Of a stretch of 64,000 bases of DNA, positions 8,633 to 16,957 are shown piece after piece. The stretch comes from an uncultured Phycisphaerales bacterium. Its GTDB lineage: Bacteria > Planctomycetota > Phycisphaerae > Tepidisphaerales > Tepidisphaeraceae. The notes under the pieces were generated by a model. The model had not been told where the DNA came from, did no database searches, and saw only the letters and a program-made list of their open reading frames with translations. Made by a program: the position numbers and the translations under genes. The stretch spans positions 62,502 to 126,501 of the forward strand of contig CAVWVQ010000001.1 in the NCBI GenBank assembly GCA_963758525.1, written 5' to 3'. Numbering within the stretch: the first letter of the stretch is position 1; every line of letters starts with the position of its first letter.

Positions 8633-11073
8633 GTGGCCGTCGTTACTCCCAGATTTCGCCCCATCCCCAAGCCTGCCAGGCCGCGCTGGCGCTTCATCCG
8701 CGTCTTCGTGTATCTGATGGCACTGTCCGCGGCTGGCGCCGTCTCACTCTGCTGGTTCGTCGGCCTGCCGCAATCCTGGGCGGATGTCATCGCCGCGCAC
8801 CTGCAGGGACCCGCTGCTCAACTGCAGCGTCTGATGCCGTTGCTCAGTCACGGCCATCCGCTGCCCAAGCTTGGATGGAGCGGCTGGGCGATGGTGGCGT
8901 CGATGGCCGTGATCATCCCGCTGGTGCTTTTTCTCCGTGGGAACAACCGCCGCAACAATATGCTGCAGCGGTGCCTGGTGCTCTCGCTGCTGATTCATGC
9001 GCTGATCTCGTTTGGGTTGAGTTCGATTGTCGTCACCCAGCACGTGAGCCATTACGTGAAGCAGGAAACCGGCGTCGATCTGTCGCTCACCTTGCCCAGG
9101 AGCGTCGAGCTGGCCTTGTCGCTGCGCAATCCGCGCAGCAGTGAAGGTCCGCAGGCAACCGCCCCGCGCGATCTGAATCCATCGCTCAATCCGCTGCAGC
9201 AGCCGCATGCGCCGGCTGCGGTGCCGGTGGACGTGCCGCTGAACACCGCCGTGAGCGGTCGCGGCTCGGCAGCGTCGCTCATTGCTCCGCCATTGGTGGT
9301 CCCCGCGCCACCGCCATCGATAACGGCAGGCCCCACGGCCTTGGTGCCGCTCGCCGCGCCCCCGATGGCGTCGTTGACCGACATCCCGCTGCCTTCGCCT
9401 GTGAGTCAGCAGGAGCTTCAGCCAACCGTGACAACCCCGGGGCCGGAACTGCTGACCAAATCCGGGATCAGTTCGGCGCCGTTTCCCCCACCCAGCGCGC
9501 ACGGCGTGACGCTGGAAGCTGGAGGGGAGAGCGCCGCGGATCATGTCGAATCCCTGGCCGCGCCAGCGCCAATCCAGTCGCCGCAGATCAAAGCTCCGCT
9601 CATTACCGGCGGGCCCTCGGCGCTGGCGCAAGTGACAGCGGGCCCGCAGGTCAGCGCACCGCCGACACCGCTTCCCAAAGTCAGCGCCGCGCCGACGCCC
9701 GATCTGCTCGCGTCCGCCGATCCGGGAGCCGGCGACGATGCGGAGTTGGGGCGATCCGCGGAAATCGGCGCCGGCGCCGCCGGTGTGCGCTTCGCGCCGA
9801 TCAAATCCGGTCCGCGCGAGCTTCCCGGCAGCATCGGAACTGGCGCAGACCCCGGACCGGCCGTCGTGATGCCTCCAGTGCCAGGCAATCTCGCTCCCGC
9901 TTTGCCGGTGCAGATCGTAAAGCTGAACACCGACGATCTGGTCGTTCCCAACGTGCCGCTGATTCCCGCGCCGCCGGTCGCGCCGACCATGCATCGCGCG
10001 ATGGTGGCCGTCACTCCGTTTCAGCGCGCCCCCGAGCAGCGCAAGGGTCGCATCGCCAAGCTCGGCGGCACCCCCCAGTCGGAAGAGGCGGTCGATCACG
10101 CGCTCAAATTCCTCGCCCGCCAGCAGGAGCCCGACGGCCGGTGGACCGTGGTGCACGATGAGAGCGCGCCCGGAAAACGCGCATACACGCCGCACGACAT
10201 GGCATTCACGGGTCTGGCCCTGCTGACCTTCCTCGCCCGCGACAATTCTCCCTTCGAGCCCGGACCTTATCGCGAAACGCTGCGGAAGGGTTTGAACTAT
10301 CTCCTGATCAATCAGTCTGCAGATGGCGATCTTCGCGGGCCTCCTGAGTTTCGCGGCGCAGCATCGCAGCAGGCAAACCTGTACGACCACGCCATCGCGA
10401 TGCTCGCCATCGCCGAATGTGCACTACTCACGGGCGATGCCCGCCTCGCCTCAAGCGCACGTGCCGGCGCGCGGTTCATCGTCAGCGCCCAGGACACCGA
10501 CGGCGGAGGATGGCGCTACGCCCCGGCGCAACCGGCGACACCAGCGTCTTCGGCTGGGAGATCATGGCCCTCCACACCGCCGAGTTGCTCGGCTTCGAAA
10601 TCCCTCCTAATTCACGCGGGCTGGCACATCACTACATCGCCAATGCCTCCGCGGGCCCGGGCAACGTCTTCGCAAGTTATCAACCCGGCCTCGATCCCAC
10701 CCAGACCATGACTTCCGAGATGATCTTCGCCAGAATCCTTCTCGGCGACCACTTCTCCGACTCGCAGGTGCAGGACGCTTCCGACTTTCTCGCCCGCTAC
10801 GCTCCGGACGCCGCGCATCCCGACCTCTATTGCTGGTATTACGCGTCCCTCTGCATGTTGCAGATGAACAGCCCCGCCTGGAGCGACTGGAATGCTCGCA
10901 CCCGCGATACCCTGATCCAACTGCAAACCCGAGGCGGCTTCGCCGACGGATGCTGGGAGATCGACGCCAAGGGAATTGACCGCGCCGGCTATATCTTCAC
11001 CACCGCAATCGCGACGCTCACGCTCGAGGTGTATTACCGATACGCCCCAGGACTCGCCGAAGCGCCGCGCTGA
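8633..11073 (+). CDS. Membrane-anchored Pro-rich protein with C-terminal prenyltransferase/terpene-cyclase-like repeats (TonB-shaped), frame-broken near 10515-10540
   Basis: ORFs 8633..10711 and 10417..11073 join as ...DTDGGGWRYAP then GATGDTSVFGWEIMALHTAELL.... N-terminal TM segments are followed by a long Pro/Ala/Ser-rich spacer. The C-terminal part has repeats LKFLARQQEPDGRW, YLLINQSADGDLRG, FIVSAQDTDGGGWRY and DGCWEID. Confidence 0.6.
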
Positions 11074-11087
11074 ATTCTGCTTGAAAG

Positions 11088-12410
11088 TCAATTCTCCTTT
11101 GCCAGCCTCGTGAACAACTCTCCCCGTTCCTCAAAGTTCACGAACTGATCCTGGCTGGCGCACCCGGTGCTGAGCAGAATGACATCATCTGGCGCGGCGA
11201 TCTGCCCGGCGATCTTCATGGCAGTGGGCAGATCGCCGCATTCATAAACGTTTGCCGCGCCTTGATGCGTCGGCGAACTGGCCATCAGCGATGCGATCTG
11301 ACTGCCCGTGGCACCGATGCACAGCGCCGCCTTGGCACGCTCGACCAGCGCGTTGCACATCGCGGTCAGCGCCAGGCCCTTGTCCTTCCCGCCGACGATC
11401 TGGATCACGCGCTTCGGAGCAAACGCCTCGAGCGCGGCAATGGCTGCTTCGGGAATCGTCGCGATCGAATCATTGAAGTACCTCACGCCGTTGGATTCAT
11501 GCACCAGTTGCAGGCGGTGGGGCAGTCCGGCAAACGCACGGACGGCTTCCTGCGCGTCAGCTTGCGTGATGCCCAGAAGCGAGGCCGCGGCAAACGCGGC
11601 CTGCGCGTTGGACTGGTTGTGCCGCCCGGGAATGATCAATTCAAAGGGCTCGCGGTTCTCGGTCGTGAAATAAATCACCCGGCCCGCCGTCGCTTTCGCC
11701 CAACCGACGGATGCCGCGTCCTCCGCGTTGAGCACCGCGAAATCATCCGGCCGCTGAAAGCGGAGGATATTTTTCTTCGCCTCCAGATACGCCCGCGCCG
11801 AGCCGTGCCAGTCGAGATGATCACTGGCGAGCATCGTCACCACGCTCACATGCGGTGACCACCGCATCGGCGCGAGATATTCCAGCATGAAGCTGGAAAG
11901 CTCCAGCACCACCAGATGCGTCTTATCGATCTGATGCAGTTCATTGAGCAATGGCCGACCGATATTGCCGCCCACCCATGTCGTGAACCGCTTCTTGAGC
12001 ATCTCCCCAAGCAGGGCGGCAGTGGTCGATTTTCCCTTGCTCCCGGTGACGCCCAGTATCGTCGCCGGGCAACGCTCGATGAACAGACGGATCTCGGTAG
12101 TGACTTCCACTCCCGCTTCCGTCGCGGCCCGAAGGTATTCGTTGCTCGGCGCAAAAGCGGGAGACGCGATGACCAGATCCGCCTCCGCAAAGTCCTCGGT
12201 GCGATGCCCTCCCAGATGAAACTCGATCGGCAACCCCGCGAGCTGCTCCATCGAGCTGGCGAGCTTTTCCGGCTGGGCCTGATCGGTGACGATCACCCGC
12301 GCCCCGTGCTGCACAAGCCATCGCGCCGCGGCGATCTGCCCGCCGAAGCGGCCAAGGCCCGCCACGGTCACCCGCTTGTTCTCAATGTCCTGCATAACGC
12401 TGAGTCTCAA
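11088..12410 (-). CDS. murD: UDP-N-acetylmuramoylalanine--D-glutamate ligase
   Basis: 440 aa. N-terminal ...VTVAGLGRFGGQIAAARWLVQHGARVIVTD... and P-loop ...ILGVTGSKGKSTTAALLGEML... give the Mur ligase architecture typical of MurD. Confidence 0.9.
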   Translation of the reverse strand: MRLSVMQDIENKRVTVAGLGRFGGQIAAARWLVQHGARVIVTDQAQPEKLASSMEQLAGLPIEFHLGGHRTEDFAEADLVIASPAFAPSNEYLRAATEAGVEVTTEIRLFIERCPATILGVTGSKGKSTTAALLGEMLKKRFTTWVGGNIGRPLLNELHQIDKTHLVVLELSSFMLEYLAPMRWSPHVSVVTMLASDHLDWHGSARAYLEAKKNILRFQRPDDFAVLNAEDAASVGWAKATAGRVIYFTTENREPFELIIPGRHNQSNAQAAFAAASLLGITQADAQEAVRAFAGLPHRLQLVHESNGVRYFNDSIATIPEAAIAALEAFAPKRVIQIVGGKDKGLALTAMCNALVERAKAALCIGATGSQIASLMASSPTHQGAANVYECGDLPTAMKIAGQIAAPDDVILLSTGCASQDQFVNFEERGELFTRLAKEN

Positions 12411-12440
12411 TCATTCGACGTCGGCGGAGGGCGGCTCCCC

Positions 12441-12497
12441 TGTAGCACGGCCGTCCCGGCTGTGATTCCAACGCCCCAGCCGAGACGGCTGTGCTCC
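12441..12497. repeat. Paired-inverted palindromic element, family D (copy 1 of 2)
   Basis: ...GGCCGTCCCGGCTGTG, a spacer, then CAGCCGAGACGGCTGTGC.... The same two half-sites recur at 29001..29075, and the halves are imperfect inverted repeats of each other. Confidence 0.8.
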
Positions 12498-12592
12498 AGG
12501 ATTGCGTCATTCATCCTTACGGAATTGATCAAGTTATTCACACGCGAGCACTCGGCGAGGCAATCGTTCGACACGCTTTCGTGGAAACGCCT

Positions 12593-13544
12593 TTACGGTT
12601 TCAACACACCGGCAATATCCGACTTCATGTCCAGCACCGCCGCCTCGACGCACATCTCCCAATTGCTCCCGAAGCGATCGGCATATTTCTTCTCGCGATG
12701 TGCATAGAGGATGCTGCGGCTGGCCGACACCAGCGCACCGCGCCCATCGATAAATGCTGCGCGGGTCATTTCGCCTGTCGCGCCCTGCGCCGTAGCCCGG
12801 CAGCAGAAACATCGACTGCGGCAGCCGTGCCCGCAAGCTCTGCATCGTCTGCGGCTGCGTCGCTCCGACGACCGCGCCCACCGAGCTGAATCCCTTCGAT
12901 CCGACTAATCCATCTGCAGCCGCGATCAGCTTCAATCGATCGGCCAGCATCTCCGACCACGTGCGGCCGTCCTCCAGCCGGGCGTCCTGCAACTCGCCGG
13001 AGCCGGGGTTGCTTGTTCGCACCAGGACGAACAACCCCTTGTCGAAGTCGCGGGCGGTTTTGACGAATGGGGCGATCGTGTCCAACCCGCAGAACGGATT
13101 GATCGTGATCGCATCCGGCATGAAAACATCTTCCGACGGACCGGCCCCGCGAATCCCCGGATCGACCAGATGCCCGACGGCGTACGCCGCCGCGGTGCTG
13201 CCGATGTCTCCCCGCTTCACGTCCCCGATCACCAGCAGCCCCTGTTCCGAGGCTTCGCCGATCAGGCTGAAGTACGACTCCACGCCGTCCCATTGCCATT
13301 GCTCGAAGTATGCGGACTGAAACTTCACGCACGGAACATGCGGCGAGACGATCTGCAACACGCGCGTGGTAAACGCAAAGACCGCGTCGATCACCGCCTC
13401 GTGATCGTTGGCATCGCGCTTTGCGGCATCGCCCGCGATCGCCTCCGGCAACATCTCGTAGATCGGATCGATCCCCACGCAGATCGGACAGCCCTTGGCC
13501 TCAATCGCGTCGAGCAAACGGTCGGCAAAATTCTCAGACATCAA
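12593..13544 (-). CDS. pyrF: Orotidine-5'-phosphate decarboxylase (type 2), frame-broken near 12780-12790
   Basis: Track ORF 12534..13544 reads as PyrF up to ...SMFLLPGYGA (...CVGIDP..., ...VIGDVKRGDIGSTA...). Shifting frame at the CCC/GGG run restores ...GATGEMTRAAFIDGRGALVSASRSILYAH...VLKP with a stop at 12593. Confidence 0.8.
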
Positions 13545-13634
13545 TATTCCATAGAATTAATGTGAACGGGTCCGATCCATGCAGCCGTCGAGCAAGCCCG
13601 GCGGCTAAAGCGCGGTTTCACGACCCGGGATTCG

Positions 13635-13738
13635 CCCACCACGCCGAGTCTGAGGTACTCCGAAGGCTCGGATTTCCGGGCGTTCGATCCGAGCCTTCGG
13701 GGTACCTCAGACTCGGCGTGGGGTTGTGAAACGGGCTC
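13635..13738. repeat. Family C element: inverted pair (copies 1 and 2)
   Basis: 13681..13738 reads CGTTCGATCCGAGCCTTCGGGGTACCTCAGACTCGGCGTGGGGTTGTGAAACGGGCTC. Its partial inverse lies at 13635..13673. A near-identical third copy is at 20298..20355. Confidence 0.85.
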
Positions 13739-13760
13739 CAAACGGAGCCCGGGGCCGCAA

Positions 13761-14231
13761 TCAGTCTTCCGGCTGCCTCGCCCGTTCGTCGAGCACGCTT
13801 TGCAGACGTTCCACGTCCGCGCCGCACGTCCGCAGCGCTGCGCGGATTTCCGATTCGGGATCCTCCAGCAACGCCCGCAGCAGCAGCCGGGTGGAGACGC
13901 GCGGCTCGCGCGCGGCTTGTGCGCCGGTCAATGCCGCGTTCACCGCCTGCTTGGCATTGGGAGACAGCGGCAGATTCCCCGTTACCACCGGCGGCTCGGC
14001 GCAGTGAGGCAGCGCGTCGACGAGGCTGCCGCGCAGCTCATCGATATTCACTTCGCTGCCGCGCAGGGCGTGCACCGCCTCTGATTGATGATCCAAGGCA
14101 TGGTCCGTCCCGAGGATCCCCAGCAGCAGGTGCTCGGTTCCCACGAAGTCCTGGTTGAGCTGCCGGGCTTGCGCCTCGGCTGACTCCAGTGCCAGACGAA
14201 GCTGCTCGGTCATTGCTTCACGCATGGCCAA
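13761..14231 (-). CDS. Clp N-terminal (Clp_R) repeat domain protein, stand-alone
   Basis: 156 aa. ...AQARQLNQDFVGTEHLLLGILG... and a second repeat ...LSPNAKQAVNAALTGAQAAREPRVSTRLLLRALLED... match the double Clp_N repeat. No AAA module follows. Confidence 0.7.
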   Translation of the reverse strand: MAMREAMTEQLRLALESAEAQARQLNQDFVGTEHLLLGILGTDHALDHQSEAVHALRGSEVNIDELRGSLVDALPHCAEPPVVTGNLPLSPNAKQAVNAALTGAQAAREPRVSTRLLLRALLEDPESEIRAALRTCGADVERLQSVLDERARQPED

Positions 14232-14421
14232 TGCTCCAACTTTTCCGGGGCGATTCTAACAACCCCCGCGCGGCGCGTCATTGTGAAAATGGGCAACGCG
14301 CGGGGGTCAGAGAACGAGCGCGAGTACGCGCATCCACTCGACTTTTAGCCGCTGCCCACGGGCAGCATCTCATTTGCACAGCCGCGTACTCGCGGCCGTT
14401 CATCCGATTGATTGGAATGAC

Positions 14422-14496
14422 TTATCGCTTACGGCGATCGCGGCGGGCCTTGCGCTTCTTGCTGCCGATTTTACGGCGGCGGCGGGGCTTGGACAT
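14422..14496 (-). CDS. 24-aa extremely basic peptide (MSKPRRRRKIGSKKRKARRDRRKR)
   Basis: An ATG at 14496..14494 lies 8 nt downstream of AAGGAAAGGAG on the minus strand, and the stop is at 14424..14422. Too short for the ORF track as its own entry; it forms the tail of shadow ORF 14422..14778. Confidence 0.45.
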   Translation of the reverse strand: MSKPRRRRKIGSKKRKARRDRRKR

Positions 14497-14921
14497 TGCG
14501 GGAGCTCCTTTCCTTGATGCTTCCACTGATTGAATTTTCAGACCGAACCTCAAACGTAGCGGGGTAAAATAGCGTGCCACGCGCCCTCCGTCCACTGACG
14601 CAGCCGTGTGCGCGGGTTCCGGCGCGTTCCGGGGGCGCAGCCGAATTCCCTGCAGCACGTTGTGGTGCGGCCTTCCAGGCTGCAATTGCGCCCCTTCTGA
14701 ACCGCAGTCTGCTCCTTCTCGGAAGGAATTCCCGGACACCCGTTCCGGGGCGGGAACTCTGGTGCCGGTTCGCACCACGCGACCCCTGCAAAGTGCAAAC
14801 GCATTCCTTCACCCACCCCGGAAGTTTGTGCACGTTTACTGCGCGTTATGGGGCGTAGCTCAAGTCAGGCACGAGAGTTGCTAAACGCTCTTTGGAATCA
14901 ACCGGGCCAGGAGACTGCCCA

Positions 14922-15215
14922 ATGATTAAGCTTGAACCGGGGAATGTGCTTCTCAAGCCCTCACAACGCAGGCAGGTAATGACCGGCCTTCGCCGATCTT
15001 CCCGCCTTGGCGATCGCCTTGGCAATTTCGATCTGACGATTTCAATGCAGCGCAGCGGCAGGTTCTACGAACTGCGCGCCGATGTGCATGCCGCCGCTTC
15101 CGACTTCGGATGCCGGTCCCGTCGTCACGATTGGCAAACCGCCCTGCGTGAGTTGTCGGCTGACATCACCCGGCAGTTGCACGACCTCTGCGTCCACGGC
15201 CCCGCTCTGGCATAG
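14922..15215 (+). CDS. Hypothetical protein, weak resemblance to HPF/RaiA ribosome-hibernation fold
   Basis: ATG 14922 is preceded by AGGAG (14909..14913). The 97-aa sequence ...FDLTISMQRSGRFYELRADVH...WQTALRELSADITRQL... has the beta-alpha-beta pattern and C-terminal helix of YfiA/HPF. The similarity was judged by eye only. Confidence 0.3.
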   Translation: MIKLEPGNVLLKPSQRRQVMTGLRRSSRLGDRLGNFDLTISMQRSGRFYELRADVHAAASDFGCRSRRHDWQTALRELSADITRQLHDLCVHGPALA

Positions 15216-15448
15216 AGCCGAGGCCGACAAACCGGAAGTTGTGTACGACCCAAAGCGTTGCAAGGATGCGGCGCCGATGGTGCTGCTCCCTCCGAGTTTT
15301 TGGTCGTCACTGTTGCGAAGCCACAAGGGCGCTCTGTCCCGAATAAAGCGACCAGAGGCAGTCGGAGCGACGACCAGACGCCGGTTCAACCCGCGAGTCG
15401 GCCCGTCTTGCAAACCCCCGTGCTGTGCGCTATTCTTCGGCATCAGCC

Positions 15449-15520
15449 GCCGAAGTAGCTCAACGGCAGAGCACCGCTTTCGTAAAGCGGGGGTTAAGGG
15501 TTCAAATCCCTTCTTCGGCT
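15449..15520 (+). tRNA. tRNA-Thr (anticodon CGT)
   Basis: Manual cloverleaf: acceptor GCCGAAG/CTTCGGC, D stem GCTC/GAGC, anticodon stem CCGCT/AGCGG with loop TTCGTAA, T arm AAGGG-TTCAAAT-CCCTT, discriminator T. CCA is not encoded. Confidence 0.85.
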
Positions 15521-15856
15521 TGTTCGACTTATCGCAGAAGGGCTCGTGATAGGCGATATCGTTTCCCAAACGAGTCCCTCCGCGGGATACGACCTTAAGC
15601 GATCCGGCCTCCCGATCGCAGGCATTGCTCTTCCTCAAGCAAGCCCACAAAGACTGCGTTACGACGCGTTTTGGGTAATTGCAGCCCTCAAGGCGATCCT
15701 ACGCGCCCGCGGCCGCGACTGCGTCTGGGCTTCTGGCTTCGGACTCCTCCACTATTGAACGCGGTTGAACGCGGAAAGGCTTGTTCGCGTGAGCGTTCTA
15801 TGGTCAAAACGCCTTGTCCAGCGGACAATGGGTTTGGCGGAGGGAAGACCGAAGCG

Positions 15857-16957
15857 ATGCTTGATCCTATCCATGCACGCGCTCGCCAGCAGCGCCTCCT
15901 TGCCGCGATGCAGACGCGCCGGCTGGATGCCGCTGTCATCGGGTGGCGCTCCCATGTTTCCTATCTCACGACGCACATTCCGTTCTGGCTGCATGAGTCG
16001 GCGCTTGTACTGTTCGCGGATGGGCGTTCGCTGCTGATTGCGGCCAAGGACTCGGCAATTCGGTTTGCCACAAACGATGTGCTGTTCTATGACGCCAATT
16101 GGCTGGGGACGCAACGGGAGAATCAGGCGGGGCTTGTTGCAGAACAAGTGACCGCTCAGCTTCGCCGGCGCGGGGTGCGAATTGTGGGGATCGACGCGTC
16201 GGGCGTGAGTGCGGCGGTCGCGCAGCGGATGGATGGCACATGCGCCGCAATTGATGACGAACTGCTGCGGATGCGCCGGCGCAAAGACACCGACGAGCTT
16301 GCGCTGATGCGCAAGGCGATCTCCTGCTGCGGCTCGATGTATGCTCACGCCCGGCGGCTGATCGAGCCGGGGGTTCCGGAGCTGCGCGTTTTTGGCGAGC
16401 TTCACACGGTTGCAGTGGACATCGCGGGCGAGCCGCTCTCGGCATACCTGGGCAATGACTTTGCGAGCGGCGCGATGGGCGGGCCTCCGCGCAAGGCGCA
16501 CGCGGCGGAGGCGGGCCAGATCTATATTCTCGATCTGGGCCCGGCGTATCGCGGTTATTTCTCGGACACCGCGCGATGCGTCTGCGTCGATCGCAAGCCG
16601 ACGGATGCTCAACTTCGCGCCTGGGAAGTCATGCTTGGAGTGTTTCCGATCATCGAGCGGATGGCTCGTCCGGGAGTTCGTTGCCGCGATCTGTTCGATG
16701 CGGCCGAGGCTCATCTGCGCGAGGAGCATGGGTCGTCGATGGTGCATCACCTGGGTCACGGCGTGGGACTTTCGCCGCACGAATTTCCGCATCTGAATCC
16801 GCGTTATGATGACGTGCTGTCGGAAGGGGAAGTGTTCACGTGCGAGCCGGGGATTTACAATGACACGCTGAATGCCGGGCTGCGGCTGGAGAATATGTAT
16901 CTTGTGACGGCAGACGGCGTGGAGAACATGACGCCGTTTCCGATGGAACTGGCTTAA
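15857..16957 (+). CDS. M24-family metallopeptidase (Xaa-Pro aminopeptidase/creatinase-like)
   Basis: ...ELALMRKAISCC..., ...ILDLGPAYRGYFSDTARC..., ...HHLGHGVGLSPHE..., ...VFTCEPGIY... and ...LRLENMYLVT... form the pita-bread metal-ligand pattern. The upstream part of track ORF 15671.. looks non-coding, so ATG 15857 is preferred. Confidence 0.8.
   Translation: MLDPIHARARQQRLLAAMQTRRLDAAVIGWRSHVSYLTTHIPFWLHESALVLFADGRSLLIAAKDSAIRFATNDVLFYDANWLGTQRENQAGLVAEQVTAQLRRRGVRIVGIDASGVSAAVAQRMDGTCAAIDDELLRMRRRKDTDELALMRKAISCCGSMYAHARRLIEPGVPELRVFGELHTVAVDIAGEPLSAYLGNDFASGAMGGPPRKAHAAEAGQIYILDLGPAYRGYFSDTARCVCVDRKPTDAQLRAWEVMLGVFPIIERMARPGVRCRDLFDAAEAHLREEHGSSMVHHLGHGVGLSPHEFPHLNPRYDDVLSEGEVFTCEPGIYNDTLNAGLRLENMYLVTADGVENMTPFPMELA

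Noticed and set aside
8744-10390. Long antisense or alternative-frame ORFs. Examples: 949..2043 (-), 8744..10390 (-), 15752..16978 (-), 24276..25571 (-), 26340..27833 (-), 28969..29844 (+), 30930..31847 (+), 33455..34576 (+), 38733..39839 (-), 43840..45222 (-), 53867..55402 (+).
   Set aside because: Each lies opposite or out of frame to a gene with clear family motifs. Their translations are Arg/Pro/Gly/Ala-rich low-complexity sequence typical of shadow ORFs in high-GC DNA.
14560-14800. SRP RNA or RNase P RNA, prompted by strings such as CGGAAGGAAT and GTCCGGGAAT.
   Set aside because: The conserved SRP helix-8 motif (GGAA tetraloop flanked by AGCA and the symmetric loop) and the RNase P GAGGAAAGTCCGGGC box are not present on either strand. 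The region is kept only as an unassigned structured region.
14848-14925. tRNA- or tmRNA-like start GGGGCGTAGCTCAAGTCAGGCA.
   Set aside because: No complementary acceptor 3' strand, no anticodon stem, and no T-arm (GTTCGAATC-like) follows. It overlaps the RBS of the 14922 gene.
15521-15856. Integration hotspot or genomic island downstream of tRNA-Thr.
   Set aside because: No integrase, no direct repeat of the tRNA 3' end, and no compositional shift. The next genes are ordinary housekeeping genes.
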